A stretch of DNA of 64,000 nt from an uncultured Pseudomonadales bacterium (GTDB lineage Bacteria; Patescibacteriota; Microgenomatia; UBA1400; MFAQ01). The notes under the pieces are model-generated. The model searched no databases and had not been told where the DNA came from. It saw only the letters and a program-made list of their open reading frames with translations. The translations under genes and the position numbers were made by a program. The stretch is from the NCBI GenBank assembly GCA_964439805.1, contig CAYTOI010000001.1:3573-67572 (forward strand), written 5' to 3'. This document shows, in pieces, positions 19,495 to 29,480 of this stretch (positions are counted from its first letter, which is position 1; each line of letters begins with the position of its first letter).

Positions 19495-20683
19495 ATGGAT
19501 TGCAGGAATTACTATTTTTTTAATAGTTGCAGTTGGCATGTCATATTTCTTATGGCAAAAAAGCATACCACTCGTTAGTCCCATTGCTTTTATAGAAAGT
19601 ATTTATCAAGCTCCTACCAAAAACAAAAAAGTTGTCTACGGATTTTTACCTTACTGGAATCTAAAATATGCAGACACTCTTCAGATTAACCACCTTACCC
19701 ACCTTGCCTACTTTGCCATAGATTTAAATGAAGATGGCACTATCAACAAGAAGGTAAACAAGCGAGAACTAGAACCAGGTTGGAATAAATTGAATTCCGA
19801 CGCAACAAGCAAAATACTTTACCAAGCAAAACTCCTGAAGCAAAAAACAGTTCTCACTGTTACCGCCATGGACCCAAAACTTATTTCTTCAATCATAAAC
19901 AGTCCAGAATATTCATCTCTCTCCTTTTCATCCATACTAGATGTCTACAAAAATTTCAATTTCGATGGCATAAATGTAGATTTTGAATACGTAGGTGAAC
20001 CAGACGACAATACAATCAGTAACTTCACTTTATATGTAAAAAACCTCAAAACTCAATGCTTGAAGGTATCGCCAGACTGCTTTATAGACATAGACGTTTT
20101 TGGAGACTCAGCCAGCAAAAAAAGGTTATGGAATTTAGAGCAGCTCAACCCTTATGTAGACCATGTAATAGTCATGGCCTACGACTACTATAGAAAATCT
20201 TCTACCCAAGCAGGTCCCGTAGCTCCTCTGACCGGCACTTGCAAAGGAGAGTCCAGCGAACCATGTCTAGAACAAGATATTCTTCAACACCTTTCTCTTT
20301 TTACCAAAAAAATAGACCAAGGAAAGATAATTCTTGGAGTCCCCTTTTATGGTTATGAGTGGCAAACTGCATCCGAAAATTTTCTGGCAAATACCTATCC
20401 CAAAACCGGAAGCTTAGCTACATACCAAAGAGTTCAAGATTTAATACTAGACCCTGCCACATCTTCTCTTTCTGCAAAATGGTCAAATACCACACTCAGT
20501 CCCTACTTAATCTACTACGACAAAAATGATATCCAACAGATTCATTACGAAAACCAACAATCTCTAAAGCTAAAGATGGATGTCATAAAGGCTACCAACT
20601 TGGGAGGTGTTGCCATCTGGGCACTGGGATATGAGGTACCATATCAAGACATCTGGCAACCAATTGTCGACTTAAACAAATAG
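19475..20683 (+). CDS. glycoside hydrolase family 18 (chitinase-like) protein, membrane-anchored
   Basis: 402 aa; N-terminal TM; catalytic DGINVDFEY (DxxDxDxE) motif. Confidence 0.7.
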   Translation: MPSPLPKWIAGITIFLIVAVGMSYFLWQKSIPLVSPIAFIESIYQAPTKNKKVVYGFLPYWNLKYADTLQINHLTHLAYFAIDLNEDGTINKKVNKRELEPGWNKLNSDATSKILYQAKLLKQKTVLTVTAMDPKLISSIINSPEYSSLSFSSILDVYKNFNFDGINVDFEYVGEPDDNTISNFTLYVKNLKTQCLKVSPDCFIDIDVFGDSASKKRLWNLEQLNPYVDHVIVMAYDYYRKSSTQAGPVAPLTGTCKGESSEPCLEQDILQHLSLFTKKIDQGKIILGVPFYGYEWQTASENFLANTYPKTGSLATYQRVQDLILDPATSSLSAKWSNTTLSPYLIYYDKNDIQQIHYENQQSLKLKMDVIKATNLGGVAIWALGYEVPYQDIWQPIVDLNK

Positions 20684-20750
20684 CCACTATTCAAACCCAG
20701 TCGCTAGAGATAGAATGACTTAAACCCCCTGCCCTTTCATACGTTTTGTA

Positions 20751-22928
20751 ATGTCTAAGCAAAAAAATAGAAATCTATCTTTATTTTCCTATATCGGTCT
20801 ACCTTTGTACCGAATATTTCTTGTCGCTGCTATTTTCCTAATTTACCTATTTTCATTTACAAAACAAGCCCTTCAGTCAATTAAACTATCTGCCATTGCG
20901 AATCTTGTACTCAAGCTGTGGCAATCCATCCCCATTCCGTCATTCACGTCCCTCAGTAATTCATCTAGTCCTGCCAAAATCTGGCAAAAAAGAAACAAAA
21001 AACTCCACCCAAAAAAACTTGTCCCTCCAAAACGCCGCCCAGCATTTAGCATAAAGGCAGGAGTAACAACTATTGTTATCTTATTAATCACTTCTACCTC
21101 AATCTATTACTCCAATATGTTTTTGAAGTCACTACCTGATCCAAAAATCCTAGAAAATTTCCCATCCAAACTTTCTACTGTTATCTTGGACAGAAATGGA
21201 GTTCTTCTCTATCAAATATACAAAGACGAAAACAGAACAGTCGTCAATATCAACGAACTTCCAAATCACGTCAGAAATGCTTTTTTAGCTGCTGAGGACA
21301 AAGACTTTTATAAACATCATGGGTTTTCCATATCAGGACTGGCCAGGGCTGTATACAAAAATTTAATAAACGAAAGAATAGAGGGTGGTTCCACAATTAC
21401 CCAACAGTTAGTAAAAAACACCTTACTTACAAACGAAAAAACCTTTGTAAGAAAAGCAAAGGAACTCGTTTTGTCCTTACAAGTTGAGACCCTTTTTAGC
21501 AAAGACAAAATATTTGAAACTTATCTAAATCAAGTAGGTTTTGGTGGACCCGCTTATGGCATACAAGAAGCATCCCAACAGTATTTTAGTATTGACGCCA
21601 AAGATCTCTCAATTTCACAAGCTGCTTTTTTGGCCGGACTAACTCAAGCTCCTACAAAATACTCCCCTTTTGGAGAAAATTTACAGTTAGGACTCGAAAG
21701 ACAAAAGATTGTGCTTGGGCAAATGCTAAAAAACGGTTTTCTGACACAAAGCGAATTTGATAAGTCAAACAGTGAAAATATTGTTTTTAGATCAGCAAAA
21801 AATGAGATTATTGCTCCCCACTTTGTTATGTATGTTAGAAACCAGTTAGTGAATCAACTAGGCGAAAACATCGTGAACCAAGGGGGTCTCACTGTAATTA
21901 CCACCTTAGACGTCAATGTTCAAAAGAAAGCTCAGCAAATAGTCAGAGATGAAATAAAAAACATTGGAAGGTTAAACGTGTCAAATGGCTCCGCACTGGT
22001 TACTGATCCCAAAACAGGCGAAATTCTAGCGATGGTAGGGTCCACAGACTATTTTGATCTCAATCAAGATGGACAAGTCAACCTCACCACCTCACTAAGA
22101 CAGCCAGGCAGTTCCATAAAACCTCTTAACTACGCCCTAGCTTTCGAAAGAGGCAAAAAACCTACAGACACCATAGAAGACAAAGCAATTTCCGTCGTCT
22201 ACCCCAACAAACAAAGTTGGACTCCAAAAAACTACGACAACAAATTCCATGGAATAGTTACTCTAAAACAGGCCTTAGCCAATTCATACAACATACCCTC
22301 AGTTCTAATTTTAAAAGAAAACGGAATAGTAGAATTTGCCAAGCTGGCCCAAAAAATGGGAATCAGTACTTGGAATGATCCAACTAGATTTGGACTTTCA
22401 ATGGGACTGGGAAGCTTAGAGGTAAAAATGACAGACCTGGCTACAGCATACTCATCTTTTGCCAACGACGGAATTGCCACTCCACTAAATTCTATTAAAG
22501 AAGTAATCTCAAACAATCAAAAATTAAGTTCAATTTATAAATGCGAAAACTATCAAACCGAAAAAATCTCATCAACCACTGTTTTGGCTGAAGAAGATAA
22601 CTGCCTTCCTAGAAGAGTTATCAGCTCCCAAACAGCCAAACAAATTACAGAGATTCTAAGCGACAACCAAGCTCGTTCAAGCGCTTTTGGCTTTAACTCT
22701 GTACTCAATATCAAAGGGTTTAGTGTTGCTGTAAAAACCGGCACCAGCAACAACTTAAAAGACAACTGGACCATTGGCTATAACAAAGATTACCTGGTGG
22801 CTACCTGGGTAGGTAACAATGACAGCAGGCCCATGTCTAGCGTGGCGTCAGGCATTACAGGAGCTTCCCCCATATGGTCAAAGATATTTACTGGACTCCT
22901 CAAAAAACAACCCCTTGCCTCCAATTAA
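20751..22928 (+). CDS. class A penicillin-binding protein (second PBP1A-type paralog)
   Basis: 725 aa; EDKDFYKHHGF, GGSTITQQLVKN, SSIKPLNY, KTGTSNN. Confidence 0.85.
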   Translation: MSKQKNRNLSLFSYIGLPLYRIFLVAAIFLIYLFSFTKQALQSIKLSAIANLVLKLWQSIPIPSFTSLSNSSSPAKIWQKRNKKLHPKKLVPPKRRPAFSIKAGVTTIVILLITSTSIYYSNMFLKSLPDPKILENFPSKLSTVILDRNGVLLYQIYKDENRTVVNINELPNHVRNAFLAAEDKDFYKHHGFSISGLARAVYKNLINERIEGGSTITQQLVKNTLLTNEKTFVRKAKELVLSLQVETLFSKDKIFETYLNQVGFGGPAYGIQEASQQYFSIDAKDLSISQAAFLAGLTQAPTKYSPFGENLQLGLERQKIVLGQMLKNGFLTQSEFDKSNSENIVFRSAKNEIIAPHFVMYVRNQLVNQLGENIVNQGGLTVITTLDVNVQKKAQQIVRDEIKNIGRLNVSNGSALVTDPKTGEILAMVGSTDYFDLNQDGQVNLTTSLRQPGSSIKPLNYALAFERGKKPTDTIEDKAISVVYPNKQSWTPKNYDNKFHGIVTLKQALANSYNIPSVLILKENGIVEFAKLAQKMGISTWNDPTRFGLSMGLGSLEVKMTDLATAYSSFANDGIATPLNSIKEVISNNQKLSSIYKCENYQTEKISSTTVLAEEDNCLPRRVISSQTAKQITEILSDNQARSSAFGFNSVLNIKGFSVAVKTGTSNNLKDNWTIGYNKDYLVATWVGNNDSRPMSSVASGITGASPIWSKIFTGLLKKQPLASN

Positions 22929-22938
22929 CGCGACCTCT

Positions 22939-23253
22939 TCAAATCTTGTACTTAAGAAAAAACTTACTCTCTTTGTCAGAATCCTTATCAATTTCTTCAT
23001 TATCTTGATTCCTAGTGCTCTTGAGTTCTTGATTTCTTATGGGCTTCCCTTCTACCATCGCTTTCATCCAAAATCCCAAAGTCACGATAATGACTACAAG
23101 CATCACCCAAAAAATTACCTTTCTATCTTTAATCTTTTCCTCTTTTGATTTTTTCTTTTTTTCTTTTTTTTTAGGAACTGACTCAAGAGATTCTTCCTCT
23201 TCTTCTGTCATCTCATTGTTTGGAAACTTATTACTCATTATTTTTATATTCAA
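22939..23253 (-). CDS. small hypothetical membrane protein with octamer-repeat-derived segment
   Basis: 104 aa; Lys/Glu-rich N-terminus, one TM, NQELKSTRNQD segment; overlaps dehydrogenase 3' end. Confidence 0.25.
   Translation of the reverse strand: MNIKIMSNKFPNNEMTEEEEESLESVPKKKEKKKKSKEEKIKDRKVIFWVMLVVIIVTLGFWMKAMVEGKPIRNQELKSTRNQDNEEIDKDSDKESKFFLKYKI
23004..23037. repeat. degenerate octamer-repeat copy
   Basis: cttgattcctagtgctcttgagttcttgatttct. Confidence 0.4.
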
Positions 23254-24211
23254 TATTTACTAAACAGGAAGGCTGTCTACCCTCCAGAGCATCTTTTAGA
23301 TTATCCACCAAAACTCTAGCCATAGAAAGCCTTGCTTCTACTGTTGCTGAAGCTGTATGTGGTGTCAACACTACATTCTTCATCCTCAATAATTCTTCTG
23401 GAATTTCCATTTCATTTTCAAAAACATCAAGTCCAGCTCCAGCAATAACTTTATTTTTTAAACAATCTATTAAGTCAGCTTCATTTACTATTCCCCCTCT
23501 AGCTGTATTTATAAACAAAGCTGACTTTTTCATCAAAGAAATTTCCTTTTTTGTTATGATGTGTTTCGTTTCCGCGTTTAACGCAAGAGAAACGCTAACA
23601 ACATCAGAAAGCTCCAGTAACTTCTCCAGACTATGATAAACACACTCATTTTCCGCTTCAAATTCTTCATCTCTCGTTCTATTAAAGTAAATTACTTTCA
23701 TTCCCACTGCTTTGGCTAGCCTTGCCGTCCACCTCCCAATTCTACCCAAACCAATCACTCCTATCACCTTATCTTTTACACTCGTCCCAAGCAACAAATC
23801 TGGTTCCCAACCTTTGTACCCATGGCTTCTAATTAAACTATCCCCTTCTACCACTCGCCTATACAAAGCAAAAATTAAAGCAATAACGTGTTCAGCCACT
23901 GATTCGGTCAAAACTCCAGGAGTATTTGTAATACAAATTCCTCTTTTGGTTGCTTCTTTAACATCTATATTGTCATACCCAACCGCGTAATTACTTATCA
24001 CTTTTAAGTTTTTTCCAGCCGCATCCATTACCTCAGCGTCAATCTTTTCAGTAAGTAGTGAAACAATAGCAACTGAATCTTTTACGCCAGCAAGCAACTC
24101 TTTTCTAGAAATATTTTTTCCCTGATACACTTCTACTTCAAATTTTTCTTTCAGCCCACCCAAATACTTCTCCAAAAAAATATGCGTCACAAACACCTTT
24201 GGTTTATCCAT
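23231..24211 (-). CDS. D-isomer-specific 2-hydroxyacid dehydrogenase (glycerate/phosphoglycerate dehydrogenase-like)
   Basis: 326 aa; NAD-binding GVIGLGRIGRWTARLA; catalytic-domain layout of the family. Confidence 0.8.
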   Translation of the reverse strand: MDKPKVFVTHIFLEKYLGGLKEKFEVEVYQGKNISRKELLAGVKDSVAIVSLLTEKIDAEVMDAAGKNLKVISNYAVGYDNIDVKEATKRGICITNTPGVLTESVAEHVIALIFALYRRVVEGDSLIRSHGYKGWEPDLLLGTSVKDKVIGVIGLGRIGRWTARLAKAVGMKVIYFNRTRDEEFEAENECVYHSLEKLLELSDVVSVSLALNAETKHIITKKEISLMKKSALFINTARGGIVNEADLIDCLKNKVIAGAGLDVFENEMEIPEELLRMKNVVLTPHTASATVEARLSMARVLVDNLKDALEGRQPSCLVNIEYKNNE

Positions 24212-24228
24212 ACCTTCATTTAATCACA

Positions 24229-25209
24229 TCACACCCATCCCTCTACAGACTTTAGCTTCTTCTTCATCCACTTTTCCATTTCGTCTTTACTCAACAGCCC
24301 TGCCTTCGCTCCCATCTTTGTCACCACACTACTACCATTGGCAAGGCCCATCTTCAGCATCTTTTCATCACTAACATAATTTATTAGCCCCTCAACAAAT
24401 CCACACACAAACGCATCTCCCGCACCAGTATCATCAACAGACTTGTTTAAAAAAGTGTTCATTTTAACCCACTTACCAGACCTAATTAACGTAGCTCCTC
24501 TCTTCCCATCAGTTACGGCAATTACCCGCACCCCAGAATCAGATAACATTTTAAAAATATCTTGTTCGTTTTCAAAATCAACCCCACAAACAACACTCGC
24601 CTCAGACCGATTCAAAATTAGCGCTTCAATCTTGGAAAGTAATGGCCACAATTTTCCTGACTCTATTTCAGACTTTCCAGGGTTCAACCCAATTCTTATG
24701 CCATTTGTATAACAATAAGAAACAATGTCTTCAAGTAAGTCCATTCTCCCTCCCAAACTAGATATTTGTACCCAGTCAGCATTTTTAAATTGATTCCAAT
24801 CAATTTTTTTGGTATCAATTTCTAAGCTTTCACCTCTAAAAGTAATTATCGATCTTTGCCCATCCCCATTAATAAGTACAGTGGACACACCAGTATTTTT
24901 ACTTCCACTTTGTACCATCGACAAATCTACTTGATATGAGTTCATTTCCTCCATAAAAATTTTCCCCATACTATCTTCCCCAACCTTTGTAACCATCTTT
25001 ACTGCCTCACCCAATCTTTTCAAACCAACAGCAACGTTACTTCCCCCTCCACCGCTAGTCATCAATCCCTCTTCAGCTTCAATTTTTCCGCCAAGCACTT
25101 CACATAGAGCCACGCCACCATGAACAGCAGAATTTTTTACAATCTTAAACTGACTAGACTTCATCAACACATCCATAACACTTGCCCCAATTACCACTAT
25201 TCTTTGCAT
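24229..25209 (-). CDS. PfkB-family carbohydrate kinase (ribokinase-like)
   Basis: 326 aa; GGGGSNVA and DTGAGDAF PfkB signatures. Confidence 0.75.
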   Translation of the reverse strand: MQRIVVIGASVMDVLMKSSQFKIVKNSAVHGGVALCEVLGGKIEAEEGLMTSGGGGSNVAVGLKRLGEAVKMVTKVGEDSMGKIFMEEMNSYQVDLSMVQSGSKNTGVSTVLINGDGQRSIITFRGESLEIDTKKIDWNQFKNADWVQISSLGGRMDLLEDIVSYCYTNGIRIGLNPGKSEIESGKLWPLLSKIEALILNRSEASVVCGVDFENEQDIFKMLSDSGVRVIAVTDGKRGATLIRSGKWVKMNTFLNKSVDDTGAGDAFVCGFVEGLINYVSDEKMLKMGLANGSSVVTKMGAKAGLLSKDEMEKWMKKKLKSVEGWV

Positions 25210-25253
25210 ATCATCATTCTAACAAACACAGCATCGTTACGATAAAATAAGCT

Positions 25254-25703
25254 GTGCTCAAACCGTTACACCACCTCAAACCAAAAACCGGCAAAGAAAT
25301 TCCCTTTATTATTCTCATAAGTTTCTTGGTTACCTTTTTAGTTTCCAGACTGGTAGTCTTTTACGGGCCAACGTCTAACTTTTATTTAAATGTCAAAGGT
25401 ATTCATGTTCACCACCTAGCTTATGGCATTTGCCTACTTGGAATAGTCGGATTTCTTAGTTTAGTTTTGGACAGAACTGAAAAGGTTAGGTTGCGTCTTT
25501 CCGTTTGGTACGGAATTGCCTTAGGGCTTGCCTTTGACGAATTTGCCATGTGGATTCAACTAGAAGATGTCTACAGAGATCGTTCTACCTACGACGCCAT
25601 CATGATCATCACCCTCATCATGCTCAACGTAGTTTACTTCAGCGATTTCTGGAAAAAATGGGGCCACCACCTGAGATCTCTCCTCCACAAACTCACAAGT
25701 TAA
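25254..25703 (+). CDS. hypothetical membrane protein
   Basis: 149 aa, 3-4 TM; no motif. Confidence 0.4.
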   Translation: MLKPLHHLKPKTGKEIPFIILISFLVTFLVSRLVVFYGPTSNFYLNVKGIHVHHLAYGICLLGIVGFLSLVLDRTEKVRLRLSVWYGIALGLAFDEFAMWIQLEDVYRDRSTYDAIMIITLIMLNVVYFSDFWKKWGHHLRSLLHKLTS

Positions 25704-25717
25704 AATATTTTTATTCT

Positions 25718-25753
25718 CAATAAAATATCAACCGGGCTAGTTTCTCAATAACA
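25718..25753 (-). repeat. direct repeat copy 1: noncoding remnant duplicating aldolase C-terminal codons (attL-like)
   Basis: Reverse complement reads ...V I E K L A R L I F Y stop, matching true aldolase C-terminus VTEKLARLIFY; ~27/32 nt identical to 27761-27793. Confidence 0.55.
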
Positions 25754-25796
25754 TTATTTCTGATTTATATCATTAAGTACTCAAACATAATATTTA

Positions 25797-27113
25797 ATGT
25801 TATTATTTGTCATGCCAGAACAGGAATATTCAGTAGGTACTGAAGGCCTCAGGGCTGCACAAGATGTAATCTCACAAAAAGTTTTCGACAGGGCTTTACA
25901 AATAAATCCTTATGGTGAACAACCTCACGACCTCGCCATTGAAGCAGCAGAACTCGAGACAGAAGCAACCTACCCTTCACTAGAACGTCTTTCACCTAAA
26001 GCTCAAGAATATGCAAAACGCGATCTGGATAAATTAACGGAAAATCTAAAAGCATTAAGGAAACTATCTAATACGTCAACACTAGATTATTCCACAATAG
26101 GAAAAATTGAATCGTTGGTGGGTGATAATCCGGTTTTGGTTGATAAAAATCATGATGTTCTATTTCAAAAAGCCTGGGCACCGACAGGAGAACAAGAACT
26201 GCCCAGTGCGCCTTTCTTTATAACAGCAGAATATGAAGCGCTTCGTTTAAAAATATTAAGTGAAACAGAAAGAGTTATTTCTAAAGTTGACCCTTACGAC
26301 AAATACTCCCAAAGCTCTACAGAGATAAACAGAGCACGCCTGAAGGCACTTGAGGATACTTCACCAGACTCTTCATTAAGAATTAAGGTTGATGCGGCAA
26401 ACAAGAAAATTGCAGAACTAGACTTCGGAGAATGGCCAATTTATCATGGTTTGGGAATAGAGTCTTTACTGGACGTGCTTGATAGTGATAGCTTATTGTG
26501 TCGCTCAAAACAAATCAATAGTAGAGGAAAGGCAAGACTCAATACTTCTCGAGGGAAACGGACAGACCAAGAAATGTTTAATGTTTCTTTTTCCAACATA
26601 CCAGATCGGGGTTATACAGATACATTTAAATACGGTAACAGTGACATAGCATTTGTGACTCCTGATGATATCTGGGTAGTTTCTGATTTAGGATCATTGA
26701 TCAAAGGAGGTGAAAGATTCTTTTATACCGACGGATGGCAAATGATGGGGAAAAAGGATCAGGATGGATTCAAGTTGTCATTTAGTGAAGATCCATTTGT
26801 ACTGCTTGTTACTGAAGAGGCGTTAACAAAAATAAAAAATCGTATCGCAACCGACATGAGATTTGCGGATAAAGATATGGACGGATGGATTGATAATCAT
26901 GTAGTCATTATCCCCAATTTTCCTTCCAAGACTGGTGATCTAAATTTTAATATGGATGAATCGGTAAAACATAAAATTAAACAAAAGTTTCAAGAGAATA
27001 ATCCGAACCAAAAACTTCCCAAGAATAATGGTTATCTAGTACCATCCGGCGAACTATTTGATGACCAAGGTGGTAAAAAAGTAATGTCTTTTTGTTGGAT
27101 CGAAAAACAATAG
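25797..27113 (+). CDS. hypothetical protein (islet cargo, no recognisable domain)
   Basis: 438 aa; visibly higher GC than flanks; no motif recognised. Confidence 0.5.
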   Translation: MLLFVMPEQEYSVGTEGLRAAQDVISQKVFDRALQINPYGEQPHDLAIEAAELETEATYPSLERLSPKAQEYAKRDLDKLTENLKALRKLSNTSTLDYSTIGKIESLVGDNPVLVDKNHDVLFQKAWAPTGEQELPSAPFFITAEYEALRLKILSETERVISKVDPYDKYSQSSTEINRARLKALEDTSPDSSLRIKVDAANKKIAELDFGEWPIYHGLGIESLLDVLDSDSLLCRSKQINSRGKARLNTSRGKRTDQEMFNVSFSNIPDRGYTDTFKYGNSDIAFVTPDDIWVVSDLGSLIKGGERFFYTDGWQMMGKKDQDGFKLSFSEDPFVLLVTEEALTKIKNRIATDMRFADKDMDGWIDNHVVIIPNFPSKTGDLNFNMDESVKHKIKQKFQENNPNQKLPKNNGYLVPSGELFDDQGGKKVMSFCWIEKQ

Positions 27114-27284
27114 ACAGTATTAGCTAATTGCAAAAAGCTGTTGGTAAACCGCTACAGTTTTCATGTTAGGTCTCCATTACAATGTGTTAAGGTCTAAACA
27201 ACTTTCTTAGTTAGTACGATTGTCGATTCTTGCGTTTATTATGTTATAGTAAATTACTAATATCAAAAGCGCATCACAACAAAT

Positions 27285-27761
27285 ATGTCATCTGAAAACG
27301 CTCCCACCCCTGACAACTCCAATCATTTTTCTGAAATTGAAAGACAGTATAGTAGCTCTGTCAAAAAAACTGAGATAGTTTTTGGAGATGAAAAGAAAAA
27401 AATATCACTACTAGTCACAGAGCCACAAAGCACAAACTTTATGGAAAAAGCAAAAGATGCAATTAAAAATTTACAGGATGGACAAAAACAAATAATTGTT
27501 ACTGAAAATGGAGATGTATACGAAGTAAAAACAACTGGATATTTTTCAGAACGATCTAACGCAGACAACCTAATAGACATCGCCAAATCCTTGCCTACAA
27601 CTGGAAATTGGAATTACGAGACAGAAAAGAAAGTGCGGCAAGAATACAAAGGGCAGTCGAGTGATGTTGACACACTAAATCTAAAATACATTGGTAAATA
27701 CAAAGACAAATTGGACCCAAAAAAAACTGCTGAAGAATATTTAATGTTTCAACTGGCTTAG
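27285..27761 (+). CDS. hypothetical protein (islet cargo)
   Basis: 158 aa, hydrophilic; no motif. Confidence 0.45.
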   Translation: MSSENAPTPDNSNHFSEIERQYSSSVKKTEIVFGDEKKKISLLVTEPQSTNFMEKAKDAIKNLQDGQKQIIVTENGDVYEVKTTGYFSERSNADNLIDIAKSLPTTGNWNYETEKKVRQEYKGQSSDVDTLNLKYIGKYKDKLDPKKTAEEYLMFQLA

Positions 27762-27793
27762 TAAAATATCAACCGAGCTAGTTTTTCTGTAAC
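27758..27793 (-). repeat. direct repeat copy 2 (functional 3' end of aldolase gene, attR-like)
   Basis: gtaaaatatcaaccgagctagtttttctgtaac; encodes VTEKLARLIFY*. Confidence 0.55.
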
Positions 27794-28495
27794 CTCATTT
27801 GGGTCAGGGTCTTGCCAAACATTTCTCCCTATCGCAATTCCTTTTGCCCCGGCTTTCATCACTCCACTCACTTCTTCTTCGAGGTTTTCCCAATCTGTTT
27901 TTTTACCCCCTTGCGCCAACACTCCTGTTTTCCCAGCCGCTTTTACTACCCAACTAAAACTTTCTACATCTCCCGTGTATGGCACTTTTACATAGTCCGC
28001 ATTAAGCTCCAACCCTAGTCTTGCCCCATAGGCCACCGTGTCTCTTTCTGACTCTCTACCTAGCACCTTAGAGCCTCGTGGATACATCCAAGCAATCACT
28101 TCCAATCCCTTTGCGTGCGCCTCATCTTCTATTTTTGAAAATTCTACAAGCATTTCTTCTTCGTGCTCACTTCCTACATATATTGTGTACCCAACAGCTT
28201 TTGCACCAAGTTCAATTGCCTTGTCGACAGTACATAGCTGAAGCGACAATGGTTCTTCGCTATAAAACGAAGTCTTACCATTTAGTTTTACAATCAAAGG
28301 AATATCACTCTTTTTGTCGTAGTACCTTGCCGCTACTCCCTCTTGAAAAACAACTCCTGTATAGTATCCATTTTTGGCTATCTTCATTATGTAGCTCGGA
28401 TCCACATTTTTTTCATCAAAATCAATTGGACCGTGTTCAAAACCTTGGTCATAAGCCAAAATCATTACCTTACCGTTTCTTGCTAACTTACTCAT
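27758..28495 (-). CDS. class I fructose-bisphosphate aldolase, archaeal type (DhnA/FbaB family)
   Basis: 245 aa; TIM-barrel aldolase with Schiff-base Lys region VKVPYTG; family typical of archaea and small-genome bacteria. Confidence 0.7.
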   Translation of the reverse strand: MSKLARNGKVMILAYDQGFEHGPIDFDEKNVDPSYIMKIAKNGYYTGVVFQEGVAARYYDKKSDIPLIVKLNGKTSFYSEEPLSLQLCTVDKAIELGAKAVGYTIYVGSEHEEEMLVEFSKIEDEAHAKGLEVIAWMYPRGSKVLGRESERDTVAYGARLGLELNADYVKVPYTGDVESFSWVVKAAGKTGVLAQGGKKTDWENLEEEVSGVMKAGAKGIAIGRNVWQDPDPNEVTEKLARLIFY

Positions 28496-29480
28496 TTTTA
28501 TAAACTAGTTTTTTAATTAAATTAATTAAGTTCACACTTGTCAGTCCGTATTTTTGCATCAGTTCCTCTGGTTCCCCACTTTCTCCAAACCGGTCTCTCA
28601 TCCCCAGTCTTATCATCGGTACCGGACAGTTTTCCGAAAGCACTTCAGCGACAGCACTTCCCAAGCCACCAATTATTGAATGTTCTTCAGCTGTAATTAC
28701 TTTTCCCGTTTTCTTTGCCGATTTTACAATTGCATTTACATCTATTGGTTTTATCGTATGAACATTTACCACCTCCACCTCTATTGTTCCAGATAGTTTC
28801 TCAGCAGCTACCATTGCCTCATAAACCATAGCTCCACAAGCAAATATCGTAATGTCTTTTCCACCCCTTAAAACCTGAGCCTTACCTATTTCAAATGGAG
28901 TATCAACTGTCGTAATTATTTCTCTAGCTGGCTTTGTCATCCTCATGTACACAGCTCCTTTTTTCTCTGACATTGCCCAAACCGCTTTTTTTACTTGCTC
29001 ATAATCTGCAGGAACTAAAATAGTTAAGTTTGGAAGCACTCTAGCAATAGCCAAGTCATCAAAACTTTGTTGATTTGCCCCATCTACTCCATTTCCAAAA
29101 CCAGAGTGCCCTCCAATTATTTTTACATTTTCATTGGTAAGACAAACGGATACCCGCAGTTGCCCCCAGTTGTTCCCAGGATTAAAACAAGCAATCGAGT
29201 TCACAAATGGTATATATCCACTCATGGCCATCCCAGCCGCCACCCCCATCATGTTCTGCTCCTGAATTCCCATTTCAATTAGTCTATTTGGAAATTCTTT
29301 TTTAAAACTTTCAAGCTTAAGGCTATCCAGCAAATCCGCCACTAGAGCAACAATTCTCGGGTCTTTTCTCGCCACTTCCACGACAGCTTCACCATATCCA
29401 TCTCTCATTGGCTTCTTTGATAACTTTCCAAAGTCCTCCACCAAATTCATCTCCTTATTAATCATTACTGATCCTCCCAT
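28488..29480 (-). CDS. transketolase, C-terminal subunit (pyrimidine-binding + C-terminal domain)
   Basis: 330 aa; GHSGFGNGVDGANQQSFDDLAIARVLPNLTILVPAD typical of split transketolase B subunit. Confidence 0.85.
   Translation of the reverse strand: MGGSVMINKEMNLVEDFGKLSKKPMRDGYGEAVVEVARKDPRIVALVADLLDSLKLESFKKEFPNRLIEMGIQEQNMMGVAAGMAMSGYIPFVNSIACFNPGNNWGQLRVSVCLTNENVKIIGGHSGFGNGVDGANQQSFDDLAIARVLPNLTILVPADYEQVKKAVWAMSEKKGAVYMRMTKPAREIITTVDTPFEIGKAQVLRGGKDITIFACGAMVYEAMVAAEKLSGTIEVEVVNVHTIKPIDVNAIVKSAKKTGKVITAEEHSIIGGLGSAVAEVLSENCPVPMIRLGMRDRFGESGEPEELMQKYGLTSVNLINLIKKLVYKNE

Noticed and set aside
22939-23253. Considered the NQELKSTRNQ segment as evidence that this small ORF is purely an artefact of the repeat
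   Set aside because: The ORF also has an independent TM segment and sits in a gap between genes. It is kept as a low-confidence CDS rather than discarded.
25797-27113. Looked for an integrase/recombinase inside the aldolase-associated islet
   Set aside because: Neither islet ORF shows tyrosine- or serine-recombinase motifs. The islet is therefore described as a cassette or decayed element rather than an intact integrative element.
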